From Leidyana gryllorum EB-2025a (lineage: Eukaryota; Protista; Apicomplexa): DNA of 64,000 nt. This document shows positions 1-11,103 of this stretch, in pieces. The notes beneath the pieces are model-generated. The model saw only the letters and a program-made list of their open reading frames with translations. It had not been told where the DNA came from and ran no database searches. The DNA lies in assembly GCA_048772705.1 (NCBI GenBank), contig JBLWGC010000061.1, forward strand, positions 1-64,000. Reading direction: 5' to 3'. Each line of letters begins with the position of its first letter. The first letter of the stretch is position 1. The translations under genes and the position numbers were made by a program.

Positions 1-68
1 AGTGAGGCTGGTGGGTACCAAAGCCACTTTAGATGTCAGGCTATCGAGTTTTGTGTCCTTGGTTGCCT

Positions 69-141
69 GACGCCCTAGCTCAGTCGGTAGAGCGCAAGAC
101 TCTTAATCTTGCGGTCGCGGGTTCGAGCCCCGCGGGCGGTG
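69..141 (+). tRNA. trnK: tRNA-Lys(CTT), acceptor-stem variant
   Basis: Cloverleaf, CAAGA-CT-CTT-AA-TCTTG; A2:G71 mismatch. Confidence 0.8.
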
Positions 142-197
142 TGGATCTTTTTCCCTGGAAGTAAGGAACTGTTGCCTACAAGCACATTCAGCAATAT

Positions 198-270
198 TTC
201 CACTGCCGGGACTTGAACCCGGGTCATGCGGGTGAGAGCCGCATATCCTAGCCACTTAGACTACAGTGGA
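198..270 (-). tRNA. trnE: tRNA-Glu(CTC)
   Basis: TCCACTG...CAGTGGA-A; TGCGG-CT-CTC-AC-CCGCA. Confidence 0.92.
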
Positions 271-387
271 CAACTCCCTCAGCTGCAGCTTTAGCCGAGA
301 GCCGTACCCTCTTGACAAGACGTGGTTGCAGAATCTTGCGGTAGAAAAAGGAGGATCTCTATACTAACCTCTGAACTATTGTAGCTG

Positions 388-460
388 GGTCTTGTAGCTC
401 AGTCGGCAGAGCGTGTGGCTGTTAACCACAAAGTCGCAGGTTCGAAACCTGCCAGGACCG
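388..460 (+). tRNA. trnN: tRNA-Asn(GTT)
   Basis: GGTCTTG...CAGGACC-G; TGTGG-CT-GTT-AA-CCACA. Confidence 0.92.
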
Positions 461-577
461 GATTCGGAGGCACCCTAGACAATGACTGCGCTGCTCTCGC
501 AATGGCACTTGTGGTCTGCGACCCTTCAAAGATGTAAGGTTGGGTTTGGCTCCCGTCCCGTGCTGCCGTACGTACTT

Positions 578-650
578 TGAACGACCTGGGCATCGATCGT
601 AGTACCTCTCGCACACTAAGCGAGCGCTTCACCATTTGAGCTAGTCCCCC
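578..650 (-). pseudogene. tRNA-Ala pseudogene (anticodon mutated to AGT)
   Basis: Ala body with broken T-stem, D-arm and acceptor stem. Confidence 0.8.
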
Positions 651-878
651 GCTGTGCAGTAGTGGTACTTCACATAGTATGACCACTCTCTCGAGTGTAC
701 CCAGCGGGTTGCACGACCGACAGGTGGCTGTTTGGTCTAGTGGTATGATCCTTCGTTACCGTGGAAGGAGTCCTGGGCTCGATTCCCAGAACAGTCCTCT
801 TGGTTGTCGGTTGACCCGACGCTCCACCTCCTTTCAATATGAAACGGCTCTCATCTGAAGCCTCAACTCGGGAAATAG

Positions 879-951
879 TCCACTGTAGGCTGAGTGGCTA
901 GGATATGCGGCTGTCACCCGCACGATCCGGGTTCAAGTCCCGGCAGTGGAA
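879..951 (+). pseudogene. tRNA-Glu body with GTC anticodon, D-arm variant
   Basis: TGCGG-CT-GTC-AC-CCGCA in a Glu scaffold; D-arm altered. Confidence 0.7.
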
Positions 952-1741
952 GTCATTGGACTGCTCGAGCAAAGTGCTCCAGTAATCCCCGTCAACAGTG
1001 ACTGATTCGTGATCTTCGGCTTGCATTGCCTTCTTAGCTTGGGGCAGAGCATTCGCTTAGTAAGCGAAAGGTCGCCGGTTCGATTGCGGCAGAAGGCTTT
1101 GCTCACGAGCTTAAGCTTTTCTGGCTGGTCTTTCAGTCTCGATAACGACCTGAGAGGGTTGCAAAATTTATCAGCTTCGAGTTTGGGTAAGACGAACCGT
1201 AGACTATTCGATGCAGGTAGTAGAGTCGGCTGCTCTGCCTGCGGGGTTACAGGCTGGCACACTCAGGCGCGACATTCGATTCCCGGTCTCGGAGCAGTTC
1301 CAGCCCTCACAACTGGTGCAACTCAGATTTTGTCTCAGCTGGTCTGGACTTCATTCGGGATTGTACGAGTGGGAGCCGCGTATAGTAGCCGACCTTGGAG
1401 AGACGTGGCATTGAACCCAGGACTTCTTCCAGCCGAAGAAAGAATCATATAACTAGACCAAACAGCCCCCTGTGGGTGCCTCAGGTACTGGCAGGTTCTA
1501 AACCTGCGACTTCGTGGCTGAGAGACTTACCTCTGATGGCTGAGCTACGATTATTGGAGTTTGCGGCTTGCCGGTGCCCAGTCGATGCAGTCGAGCCTTC
1601 AGCCGGAATCGAACCGGCGACTTCTCGCTTACGAAGCGAACGCTCTGCCCCTAAACTAAGAAGGCAATGGAAGCCGGAGATGACGAAACAATCGCTATTG
1701 ACGGAGATTAGTGGAGCACTTTGCTAGAGTAGTTCAATGAC

Positions 1742-1814
1742 TTCCACTGCCGGGACTTGAACCCGGATCGTGCGGGTGAAAGCCGCATATCCTAGCCACT
1801 TAGACTACAGTGGA
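1742..1814 (-). tRNA. trnE: tRNA-Glu(TTC)
   Basis: Intact Glu cloverleaf, anticodon TTC. Confidence 0.92.
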
Positions 1815-2231
1815 CGAGTGGTTGAGTTGGGGCTTCGGCCGAGAGCCGTACCTTCTTGGAAAACATGGTATGTCGGCGTGATCAAGTGAGTGGATCTCTC
1901 ATACAGATTCGGACTTAGTAACCAATTCCATTTGTATTGATCGTGGAATCTTGGGCCTTCCTCGGGTACGGGGCGAGCTTCCTTGCCGCCCCAACTCCGT
2001 CCGTAGAGCGCCAGACTTTTGAAGGGAGAACCGCGGCTTCCCGCCGCGCGAGCAGTCCTAGTCAAGCTTGCTGAACCGTATGTGAAGCCACAGGGCGCAC
2101 GATGTGCTGGATCTGCACCAGTTCCTCACTCGGGCAAGTTGGCAACTGTCGATTCCGTCATGTGGCGAGCAGTGGGCTCACATACGGCCACGATAAGTGC
2201 TTATTTTCACCGCCTTCCATGACTACCTACC

Positions 2232-2304
2232 GCCTCGGTAGCTGAGTTGGGAGAGCGCCAGACTGAAGATCTGGAAGTCCCGTGTTCGATCCACGACCGA
2301 GGCA
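2232..2304 (+). tRNA. trnF: tRNA-Phe(GAA), variant
   Basis: CCAGA-CT-GAA-GA-TCTGG; two stem mismatches. Confidence 0.75.
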
Positions 2305-2509
2305 GAGAGGTTGTGACATTTGGTGCCATTCCTCGCACCCATCAGATACCTGTTTCCAGAGACACACGCCGCTTTCACAGTCCGGAAGCCCCGTGCAGCC
2401 ATGGTCTAGTGCTTACGACGTCTGCTTAACACGCAGAAGTTCCCGAGTTCGATCGTCGGTGGCTGTAGATCGCAACTTTCAGCGAGAATCTCAAGCGAAA
2501 CCAACTGTG

Positions 2510-2581
2510 CTCCGAGACCGGGAATCGAACCCGGGTCTTCCGCGTGACAGGCGGAAATACTAACCACTATACTACCTCGGA
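2510..2581 (-). tRNA. trnD: tRNA-Asp(GTC)
   Basis: TCCGC-CT-GTC-AC-GCGGA, intact T-arm. Confidence 0.9.
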
Positions 2582-2707
2582 CGCTCCGATCACGCCGGCC
2601 TCCAACCCCAAAGTTGGCCGAGTTGTCTAAGGCGCTCTGCTCAGACCGCAGTCCGAAAGGGCGAGGATCTGGTGTTGAGCCTTTCGAACCCCGGAGCAGT
2701 TGGACGG

Positions 2708-2787
2708 CCGGGGGTAGCTCAGTTGGTAGAGCACCTGACTGTAGTGCTGGCATGAGATAGTCGGCGGTTCGATTCCGCCCCACCGGA
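2708..2787 (+). pseudogene. tRNA-Tyr(GTA) with 7-nt intron, anticodon stem damaged
   Basis: CT-GTA-G-[TGCTGGC]-A; stem mismatches. Confidence 0.75.
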
Positions 2788-3218
2788 AGTAGAGGGGTCA
2801 TCGGCAAACTACTACTCACACTGATGGACAGCGTTGATAGCAACTAGACTACTCCGGCGAGGCTTCCATCTATGTAGTTCGGATGGGCTGGGAATCGATC
2901 CCAGAACCTTTCGTATACTAAGCCACCGTTTCATCATCTGGGCTAGCCTCCTATGCCTACCTCATGGCATTGAGTGATACTTCACATAGTGATACGAGTC
3001 TCTCGACTGTACCGCCAGGCTTCGAAACTGGGACTTTGTGGTGAACAGCTACACGCTTTGCCGACTGAGCTACAAGACCCAGTTGCAATTTCTTTTAAGC
3101 GAGAAAAATCATACCTTCAGACCAAACAGCCTCCTGGTCGGCCTGCCCGGCTAGGGCACTCATAGGTGTCAAATGCTGGAGTACTCGGCGGTCGCGTTCG
3201 GCTGTCATTGGGTTGATT

Positions 3219-3292
3219 TGCTCCCCGGGGGGATCGAACCCTCGACCTTCGGCACATAAGGCCGATGCTCTAACCAGCTGAGCTAGGGGAGC
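3219..3292 (-). tRNA. trnI: tRNA-Ile(TAT), intronless
   Basis: GCTCCCC...GGGGAGC-A; TCGGC-CT-TAT-GT-GCCGA. Confidence 0.88.
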
Positions 3293-3382
3293 GATCACCG
3301 CCGTTCCACCGCGTAACTCACATTCAATTCTATCTCAGGCAACGGAAGCCGTTTGCACGCTGAAACTCAGAAGGGAAGTAAC

Positions 3383-3466
3383 GCACAGATGCCCGAGTGG
3401 TCTAAGGGGCCAGACTCAAGTTCTGGTAGGCGCAAGTCTGCATGGGTTCGAATCCCATTCTGTGCA
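3383..3466 (+). tRNA. trnL: tRNA-Leu(CAA), intronless
   Basis: CCAGA-CT-CAA-GT-TCTGG, long variable arm, A73. Confidence 0.92.
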
Positions 3467-3926
3467 ACGGCGATCATTACCAAAAATAAGCTGGAAAAGG
3501 CCACAGTAGATTCGAGTCTCCATCCGTATATCCGGTTGCATGCACCGAAGTATTCGGCTGTTGTTCTGGATCCTTCCTTGGGGTGGAAGGAGTCCTGGCA
3601 GCCCTCTTGGTCGTCGGTTGACCCGACGCGACAAGTTGCCCTCAGAACCAACACAGCATTTCATTAGCCCACTTCGGTAGGGCAGTCAGGGCAACTAACA
3701 TCTGGAGAATTGCATTTCGGCTATTTCTTCCATGTTGCAGACTGAGCAGTGTAGCTCAGTGAAAAGTGTTGAGCTCATAATCCAAAGGTCGTGTCGGGAA
3801 TCGAATCCAGGTCGGGAGATTCAAAATCTCCACAGCTAACCACTGTGCCGTAGGGGGGCAGGCTGAACAGGCGGCTGTCTGGTCTGGTGGTATGATTCTT
3901 CCTCGGGTGGAAGAACATTGTAATTG

Positions 3927-3999
3927 GGTCTTGTAGCTCAGTCGGCAGAGCGTGTGGCTGTTAACCACAAAGTCGCAGGTTCGAAACCTGCCAGGACCG
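3927..3999 (+). tRNA. trnN: tRNA-Asn(GTT)
   Basis: Identical to 388-460. Confidence 0.92.
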
Positions 4000-4187
4000 G
4001 GTGATGCGGCACCGTACTCTCTAGACGCCACTTGTGCTCTTGGAACCCCTTTCCAAGGTCGTAGACTTAGCCGAAATGCGATTCTCTAGATGTTAGTTGC
4101 CCTGACTGCCCTACCGAGGTGGGCTAACGAGGTGGCTGTGTTGGTTGTGAGGGCAACTTGTCCCGTCGGGTCAACCGACGACCAAGA

Positions 4188-4259
4188 GGGCTGTTCTGGG
4201 AATCGAACCCAGGACTCCTTCCACCCTAAGGAAGGATCATACCACTAGACCAAACAGCC
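4188..4259 (-). tRNA. trnP: tRNA-Pro(AGG)
   Basis: GGCTGTT...AACAGCC-C; CTTCC-TT-AGG-GT-GGAAG. Confidence 0.92.
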
Positions 4260-5504
4260 GACTGATCGGTGGTGCAAATTGCTGGTAGAGTCGGGAGACT
4301 GGTCATAACATGTCAAGAACCACTAAATGCTATGGGGTGTGCACAGCCGGCGACTAGCTCAAATTATGTAGCACTCGCGTAGCAGGCGAGAGATGCTGGG
4401 ATCGATGCCCAGGTCGTCCAAACTTCCACTGGCTGCACCTCCGGTATCTGAAAACAGAGTCACGACCGAATGGAGTTGACGCCCGATCGCAACCATGTTT
4501 AGGCTGATGACTGAAGCCTCCTGTCGGAATCGAACCAGCGACCTTTCGCTTACAAAGCGAATGCTATGCCCCTAAGCTAAGGAGGCATTCCCTGTCTCGA
4601 CCCATATGAGTTTTTGATGCTGGGAATTGCATTATTTCCACCACATCGCACGACAACTGCTGGATTTAAACCAGCGCGGGCCAGGCCCAGTAGATTTCTA
4701 GTCTACCCCCTCAACCACTCGGGCAAGTTGCCACCTGTCGAACTCGGCATATTGCGGCCAATGGTTTCACATACGGTTCAGCAAGCTTGAGTTCTCGCGC
4801 TGCCCAAACCCGCGGTCTCCCCTCGAAAGTCTTGCGCTCTACCGACGGACTTGGGGCGGCAACGAAGCTCGGACTTAGTAACAAATTCCATTCGTATTGA
4901 TCGTGGAATCTTGGGCCTTCCTCGGGCACAGAGCGAATCTATATCAGAGATCCACTCACTTGGTCACGCGCGGGCTCCAGTCGCGGACTCGGAAGTTATC
5001 AGGCTCACGCTCTAACCGACTGGAATATGTGACCGCTTCAGAGTTGAGGTGAACAGTCACTAGCCGAAGGAGCGAGTGATGTGCACAGCAAAACCCCATG
5101 ACTGGGATTGAAGCGGCCGCTCAGACCGTCGTCCACCCCGCCAAACAGTCATTCCAGAGCCAAATACTGACATCGAGAAGGGGGTGTACCCACACCACTG
5201 ACAGTTCGCACGCGAATCCCGACGGAAGGTGCGCTGGTCCGGATGGCTGTACCGACTCTTTTGGGATGGGTTGAACCGGTTGCGTGATGTAGTGGTTAGC
5301 ACTGGAGACTTTGAATTTCCCGACCTGGGTTCGATTCCCGGCGCGACCTTGGCACTGGTCCTCCGTACTCCCTGAAACTTCGCCACTCCTCTGGGGCTGC
5401 GGGGACCATCCGTGCAGCTATGGTCTAGTGGTCACGACGTACACGGCCGTTTTGCTTCAAGTGAGGAGACAGGACCGAGTTGAGTGAGTATGAGGGGCAG
5501 TTCT

Positions 5505-5576
5505 GGGTACGTAGCTCAGTGGTAGAGCAGCTGACTGCAGATCAGCAAGTCCGTGGTTCAACTCCGCGCGTGCCCT
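5505..5576 (+). tRNA. trnC: tRNA-Cys(GCA)
   Basis: GCTGA-CT-GCA-GA-TCAGC, U73. Confidence 0.92.
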
Positions 5577-6172
5577 GAAGATGGAATGAAACGTTCGAAG
5601 GTGTTGGGCTCAGCCATACCGTCATGTGATCGAGACAGGGCCTGCCTGGTTAGCTGAGGGGCAGAACCCTCGCACGGGCGCGAGGGATTTTGACACCAGA
5701 TGCCACAACCTCTCTGCCTCGGCTGTGGATCGAGCACGGGACTTCCAGATCTTCAGTCTGGCGCTCTCCCAACTGAGCTACCGAGGCGCTAGAAAGCCTT
5801 GAAACGCGGTGAAGATAGGCACTCACCGCAGCCCTCTGTGGAGTCACTGCCCGCGGGATGTCCAATTCAACAGTTGGCAACTTGCCCGAGTGATTAAGGG
5901 TCTGGCTCGCGGTGATTCGAATCCAGCAGTTGTCGTGTAATGTGATCGGGCGTCAACTCCATTCGGTCGTGACTCTGTTTTCAGATACCGGAGGAGCAGC
6001 CGTTAGAAGCTTGGACGACCTGGGCATTGATCCAAGTATTTCTCGCATGTCAAGCGAGTGTTATATCATTTGAGCTAGTCGCCCGCTGTGCAGACCCCAT
6101 AGCATTTAGTGGTTCTTGACATGTTATGACCAGTCTCCCGACTCTACCAGCAATTTGCACCACCGATCAGTC

Positions 6173-6244
6173 GGCTGTTTGGTCTAGTGGTATGATCCTT
6201 CCTTAGGGTGGAAGGAGTCCTGGGTTCGATTCCCAGAACAGCCC
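6173..6244 (+). tRNA. trnP: tRNA-Pro(AGG)
   Basis: Intact cloverleaf, followed directly by TTTT. Confidence 0.92.
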
Positions 6245-6413
6245 TTTTGCTAGGCTCTGACGAGGGTCTAGGAGAGTTGAACCCCTGTCTCAAATAAGAT
6301 AAGGAGTCTTTCGAACTCCGCCTACCACGTCCACTTGACAACTGCTTAATCGAAATAGCGGGGCCAGGCGATATCACGACTCAGGCGTCGCAGACAGTGA
6401 GGCTGTGGATTGT

Positions 6414-6486
6414 GCGGTGGTGGCGCAATGCATAGCGTGTTGCGCTCCGGAGGCAAAGGTTGTGGGTTCGAGTCCCGCCCACCGTT
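6414..6486 (+). tRNA. trnR: tRNA-Arg(CCG), degenerate
   Basis: TTGCG-CT-CCG-GA-GGCAA; D-loop GG mutated and one stem mismatch. Confidence 0.65.
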
Positions 6487-6943
6487 CTCGTGGTCTCGCT
6501 CTACAGCGGAATCGACAAGAGTGGCTGACATTCGGAGCCATGCAGACTTGCGGCATCAAAATTCGAGTTTGGACCTCGGACCACCCGGCGATCTGTGCCG
6601 CAGTGTTGAGCTTGAGAGCTCGAAGTGCCACTGTTGAGGAACCGAGGCGGGGAAAGTTCACTTGGGTTTGGCGGGTGGGCGGCTATTTCAAGTGGTAGAG
6701 AGGTGACTTTGCACGCCAAACGTGTGGGGGTCGATAGCCAGATCGGGGAGTATTTCTATAAGTGTGTCCTCCTGCTGACGCTTAGCAGTGCGTCGTTTCG
6801 ATCGACGGACCTTCCCGTCATGAGCCCAACACTCTCCCACTGAGCCACGCTCCTCAGTGTCCAACATGAAAGAGGGAGCCGAAACGCGTGCTGTGCCGAC
6901 TGCTTCCACAGTACTGGGGGCTGTACCGGGATGGTGGGTTGTC

Positions 6944-7015
6944 GGCTGTTTGGTCTAGTGGTATGATTCTTCCTTTGGGTGGAAGAAGTCCTGGGTTCGA
7001 TTCCCAGATCAGCCC
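6944..7015 (+). tRNA. trnP: tRNA-Pro(TGG), variant
   Basis: CTTCC-TT-TGG-GT-GGAAG; locally duplicated at 7286-7357. Confidence 0.75.
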
Positions 7016-7834
7016 GTCTGTCAGTTGTTGACTCAATACGCCACGTCTCTTCAAGGTTGTCTAAGATATGCTGCTCCGACAGCTAAGACAAGATTTGAGT
7101 TGTATATGCATGGAATCTTCGCCAGATTCATTCCAGTTGGCCCATCAACGATGTCTGCCAAAAGAGCCCAACACTCTCCCACTGAGCCACGCTGCTCAGT
7201 GTCCAACATGAAAGAGGGAGCCGAAAGGCGTGCTGTGCCGACTGCTTCCACAGTACTGGGGGCTGTACCGGGATGGTGGGTTGTCGGCTGTTTGGTCTAG
7301 TGGTATGATTCTTCCTTTGGGTGGAAGAAGTGCTGGGTTCGATTCCCAGAACAGCCCGCTTTGTTGTATCTTGACCCAACCTGCCTGGCAGCATGGTACT
7401 GAATTCGGGTGATTCCTCGGAGAAAGTCGGAGGGGGAGTGTAGCGCAGTCGGTAGCGCGTAGGTCTCATAATCCTGAAGTCGAGAGTTTGATCCTCTCCA
7501 CTCCCACGGTCGGAATCGAAACCGCCGACAAACTCATCATGCTATCGTTTTGCATCTGTCGGGAATCGCACACAGGTTATCTCGATGGCAGCGAGCGACT
7601 CATCCACTAGACCACAGATGCAGAACACGATCTTGTGAATCTTGCGCGTGGTGACAGCCATTCCTCTTAAACCTATCGATGCATCAAAGCCTTCTGCCGG
7701 AATCGAACCGGCGACTTGTCGCTGACGAAGCGAACGCTCCGCCCCTAAGCTGAGAAGGCAATGTAAGCCGGGTATGACGAAAAAGCGCTATCGACGGAGA
7801 TTAGTGGAGCACTTTGCTCGAGTATTTAAATGAC

Positions 7835-7907
7835 TTCCACTGCCGGGACTTGAACCCGGATCGTGCGGGTGAAAGCCGCATATCCTAGCCACTTAGACTA
7901 CAGTGGA
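7835..7907 (-). tRNA. trnE: tRNA-Glu(TTC)
   Basis: Intact cloverleaf. Confidence 0.92.
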
Positions 7908-8236
7908 CAACTTCTTCAGCTGCAGCTTTGGACGAAAGCCGTACCATCTCGAGATGAGATCTTTTTGCACTTACCCAGATTTGAAGCCGCCTCGTATCGA
8001 GCGCGGGTCGTCTCAATGGCACGGAAACATTCGAGCCCTTGACCGCATTTATTTCCAGTCCCAATGGCTTCACTCACTCTTTTGAATCTTGGTCGTGAAT
8101 GGTTCCGTGTTGTAGTGGTTAGCACTGGAGACTTTGAATCTCCCGACCTGGGTTCGATTCCCGGCGCGACCTCGCAACTAGTCATCACTACGTATTGAAA
8201 CTTCGCAACTTCTCTTGGTCTGCGGAAAGCTTTCAT

Positions 8237-8309
8237 GCAGCCATGGTCTAGTGGTTACGACGTCTGCTTAACACGCAGAAGGTCCCGAGTTCGATCCTCG
8301 GTGGCTGTA
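8237..8309 (+). tRNA. trnV: tRNA-Val(AAC)
   Basis: TCTGC-TT-AAC-AC-GCAGA, intact. Confidence 0.92.
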
Positions 8310-8469
8310 GCTCGAACATGTGAAGTGAGCTCCACCCAAAGCGAGGTAACGTGCTGTCTTCGAGACAGGGCATCGAACCCGCGTCTTCCGCGTCTTCAAC
8401 CCTAGAAGTCTTCCTTCTCGAGAACTTCACGGACAAAAACCGCGTGGAGCGACGAACCAACAAGACTGC

Positions 8470-8549
8470 GGCAAGATGGCCGAATGGTCTAAGGCGCTGT
8501 GTTCAGGCCGCAGTCCGAAAGGGCGTGGGTTCGAATCCCACTCTTGTCA
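8470..8549 (+). tRNA. trnL: tRNA-Leu(CAG)
   Basis: CTGTG-TT-CAG-GC-CGCAG, variable arm with GAAA loop. Confidence 0.88.
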
Positions 8550-9774
8550 GGCGTTGTAGTCAGGACAACCTGCGACTTCATCCCAGCATGCCCCCACGAT
8601 GCGCGCGGGACAGCCCGCCGTGCACGTGGCACCCGGCTAACTTTTGTCGATACAACTGCCACATGATTCTCCAGCTAAGTGGCCTTCTTAGCTTAGGGGC
8701 AGAGCGTTCGCTTAGCGAGAAGTCGGCGGTTCGATTCCGGCAGAAGGCTTTGATGCATCGATAAGCTTATGAGGAATGGCTGTCACCACGTACAAGATTC
8801 ACCAAATCGTGTTCTGCATCTGGGGTCTAGTGGAAGAGTCGCTCGCTGCCATCGAGATAACCCGTGTGCGATTCCCGACAGATGCAGAATGATAGCATGA
8901 TGAGTTTGTCGGCGGTTTCGATTCTGACCGTGGGAGTGGAGAGGATCGAACTCTCGACTTCAGGATTATCAGACCTACGCGCTACACTCCCCCTCCGACT
9001 TTCTCCGAGGAATCACCTGAACCCAGAACCATGCTGCCAGGCAGGTTGGGTCAAGATACAACAAAGCGGGCTGTTCTGGGAATGGAACCTAGGACTTCTT
9101 CCACCCGACGGAAGTATCATACCACTACACCAAACAGCCGCCTGTCGTTCGTGCAACCCGCTGAAGACAGTTTAAAAAGTGGTCATCCTATGTTGAGAAC
9201 CAACAAATGCGATGGGGTCTGCACCACGGGCGACTAGCTCAAATGGTAGAGCGCTCGCTTAGCATGCGCGAGGTACTGGGATCGATGTCCAGGTCGTCCA
9301 AAGTACGTACGGCTGCACGTGGCCGCATTCAGACCCATCGCTACCATCTTTGAAGAGTCGCGAACCACAAGTGCCATTGGGAGAGCACCGCACTCAATGT
9401 CTAGGGTGCATCTGAAGCCGGTTCTGTTGGGTTCCGGACCTCCGAGTTTGTCATCAAAAGCCACACGCTCTGCCGACTGAGCTACAAGACCCCTTACAAT
9501 GTTTCTGAGCTTAGTGGAGAGACCCTCCACTTTCTACTGCAACCCCTTTGTTGTAGGTTGACCCGACGGACCACGTGTTGTTAAGAGGGTACGGTGCTCA
9601 TCCGAAACCTCAATTGGGGAACTTGCCCACTGTAGTCTAAGTGGCTAGGATATGCGGCTCTCACCCGCACGATCCGGGTTCAAGTCCCGGCAGTGGAAGT
9701 CCTTGCACTACTCGAGCAAAGTGGTTCAGTAATCTCCGTCAATAGAGACTGTTTCGTGATCTTCGGCTTGCATT

Positions 9775-9846
9775 GCCTTCTTAGCTTAGAGGCAGAGCAT
9801 TCGCTTAGTAAGCGAAAAGTCGCCGGTTCGATTCCGGCAGAAGGCT
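9775..9846 (+). tRNA. trnT: tRNA-Thr(AGT)
   Basis: TTCGC-TT-AGT-AA-GCGAA. Confidence 0.88.
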
Positions 9847-10678
9847 TTGTTGCATCGATAGGCTTAAGAGGAATGGCTGTCACCACGTACAAGATTCACA
9901 AGATCGTGTTCTGCATCTGTGGTCTAGTGGAAGAGTCTCTCGCTGCCATCAAGATAACCCGTGTGCGATTCCCGACAGATGCAAAACGATAGCATGATGA
10001 GTTTGTCGGCGATTTCTATTGCGACCCTGGGAGTGGAGAGGATCGAACTCTCGACTTCAGGATTATGAGACCTACGCGCTACCGACTGCGCTACACGCCC
10101 CCCCGACTGTCTCCGAAGAATCACCCGAACCCCGAATCATGCTGCCAGTCAGGTTGGGTCAAGATACAACAAAGCGGGCTGTTCTGGGAATCGAACCCAG
10201 CACTCCTTCCACCCTAAGGAAGGATCATACCACTAGACCAAACAGCTGCCTGGTCGGTGGTGCAATCCGCGGGTAGAGTCGAGAGAGTGGTCATGCTATG
10301 TTGACAACCGATAAATGCGATGGGGACTGCACGTCGGGCGACTGGCTCAGATGGTAGAGCGCTCGCTTAGCATGTGAAAGGTATGGGATCGATGTCCAGG
10401 TCGTCCAAACTTCGTACGGCTGCACCTGCCGCTATGTATTCACCGAGTTGAGAGCCTTTGATTGTGCCCTGTAGCCCTTGGATAGACTTTGGCATCGCAA
10501 TACGGTCTAGGGTGCCTGAGACCGCGCACCTGCGACTTAGTATTTAACAATCACACGCTTTGCCCACTGCGCTACAAGAGCCAGTTGAATATTTTGGAGG
10601 TTAGTAGAAAAACCCGTTTTGCAGGTGTGGGGAAGCTAGTCCGGATGGCTCTATCAACTCTTTGAGAAGGGCTAAATC

Positions 10679-10750
10679 GGTTGCGTGGTGTAGTGGTTAG
10701 CACTGGAGACTTTGAATCTCCCGACCTGGGTTCGATTCCCGGCGCGACCT
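10679..10750 (+). tRNA. trnQ: tRNA-Gln(TTG)
   Basis: GGAGA-CT-TTG-AA-TCTCC, intact. Confidence 0.92.
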
Positions 10751-11031
10751 TGAAACTAGTCCTCACTACTTCGTGAAACCTCCCCACTTGCTTTGGTCTG
10801 CGGGACCTGCCGTGCAGCAGTGGTTATGACGTCTGCTTCACACGCAGAAGGTCCCGAGTTCGATCCTCGGTGGCTGTAGCTCGCAACTTTCAGCGAGAAC
10901 CAAAGGAGACAATCTTAAGCGGAATCAACTGTGCTCCAAAAACACAGCCACCTCGTTAGCCCACTTCGGCACTCAAGGCCATTAACATCTCAAGAATCGC
11001 ATTTCGGCTCCCTCTTCCATGTTGTAGACTG

Positions 11032-11103
11032 AGCAGTGTAGCTCAGTGGAAGAGTGTTGGGCTCATAACCCTAAGGTCCGTCGATCGAAACGACGCACTG
11101 CTA
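11032..11103 (+). tRNA. trnM: Initiator tRNA-Met(CAT), variant
   Basis: A1-U72, GGG/CCC anticodon stem, GATCGAAAC T-loop; one stem mismatch. Confidence 0.8.

Larger units (their letters stand above)
1..4424 (+). repeat. Direct segmental duplication, copy 1 (partner 56574-60998)
   Basis: Near-identical to 56574-60998; ORF track repeats with offset 56573; left end may extend beyond the window. Confidence 0.95.

Noticed and set aside
3219-3292. G37 and absence of an intron in Ile(TAT)
   Set aside because: To my recollection plant Ile(UAU) genes are also intronless with G37, so this is not treated as novel.
4961-5034. Ile-derived element with GAT anticodon (also near 22160 and 46315)
   Set aside because: Anticodon stem, D-stem and T-loop are broken; a hitchhiking pseudogene rather than a bacterial-type Ile(GAU).
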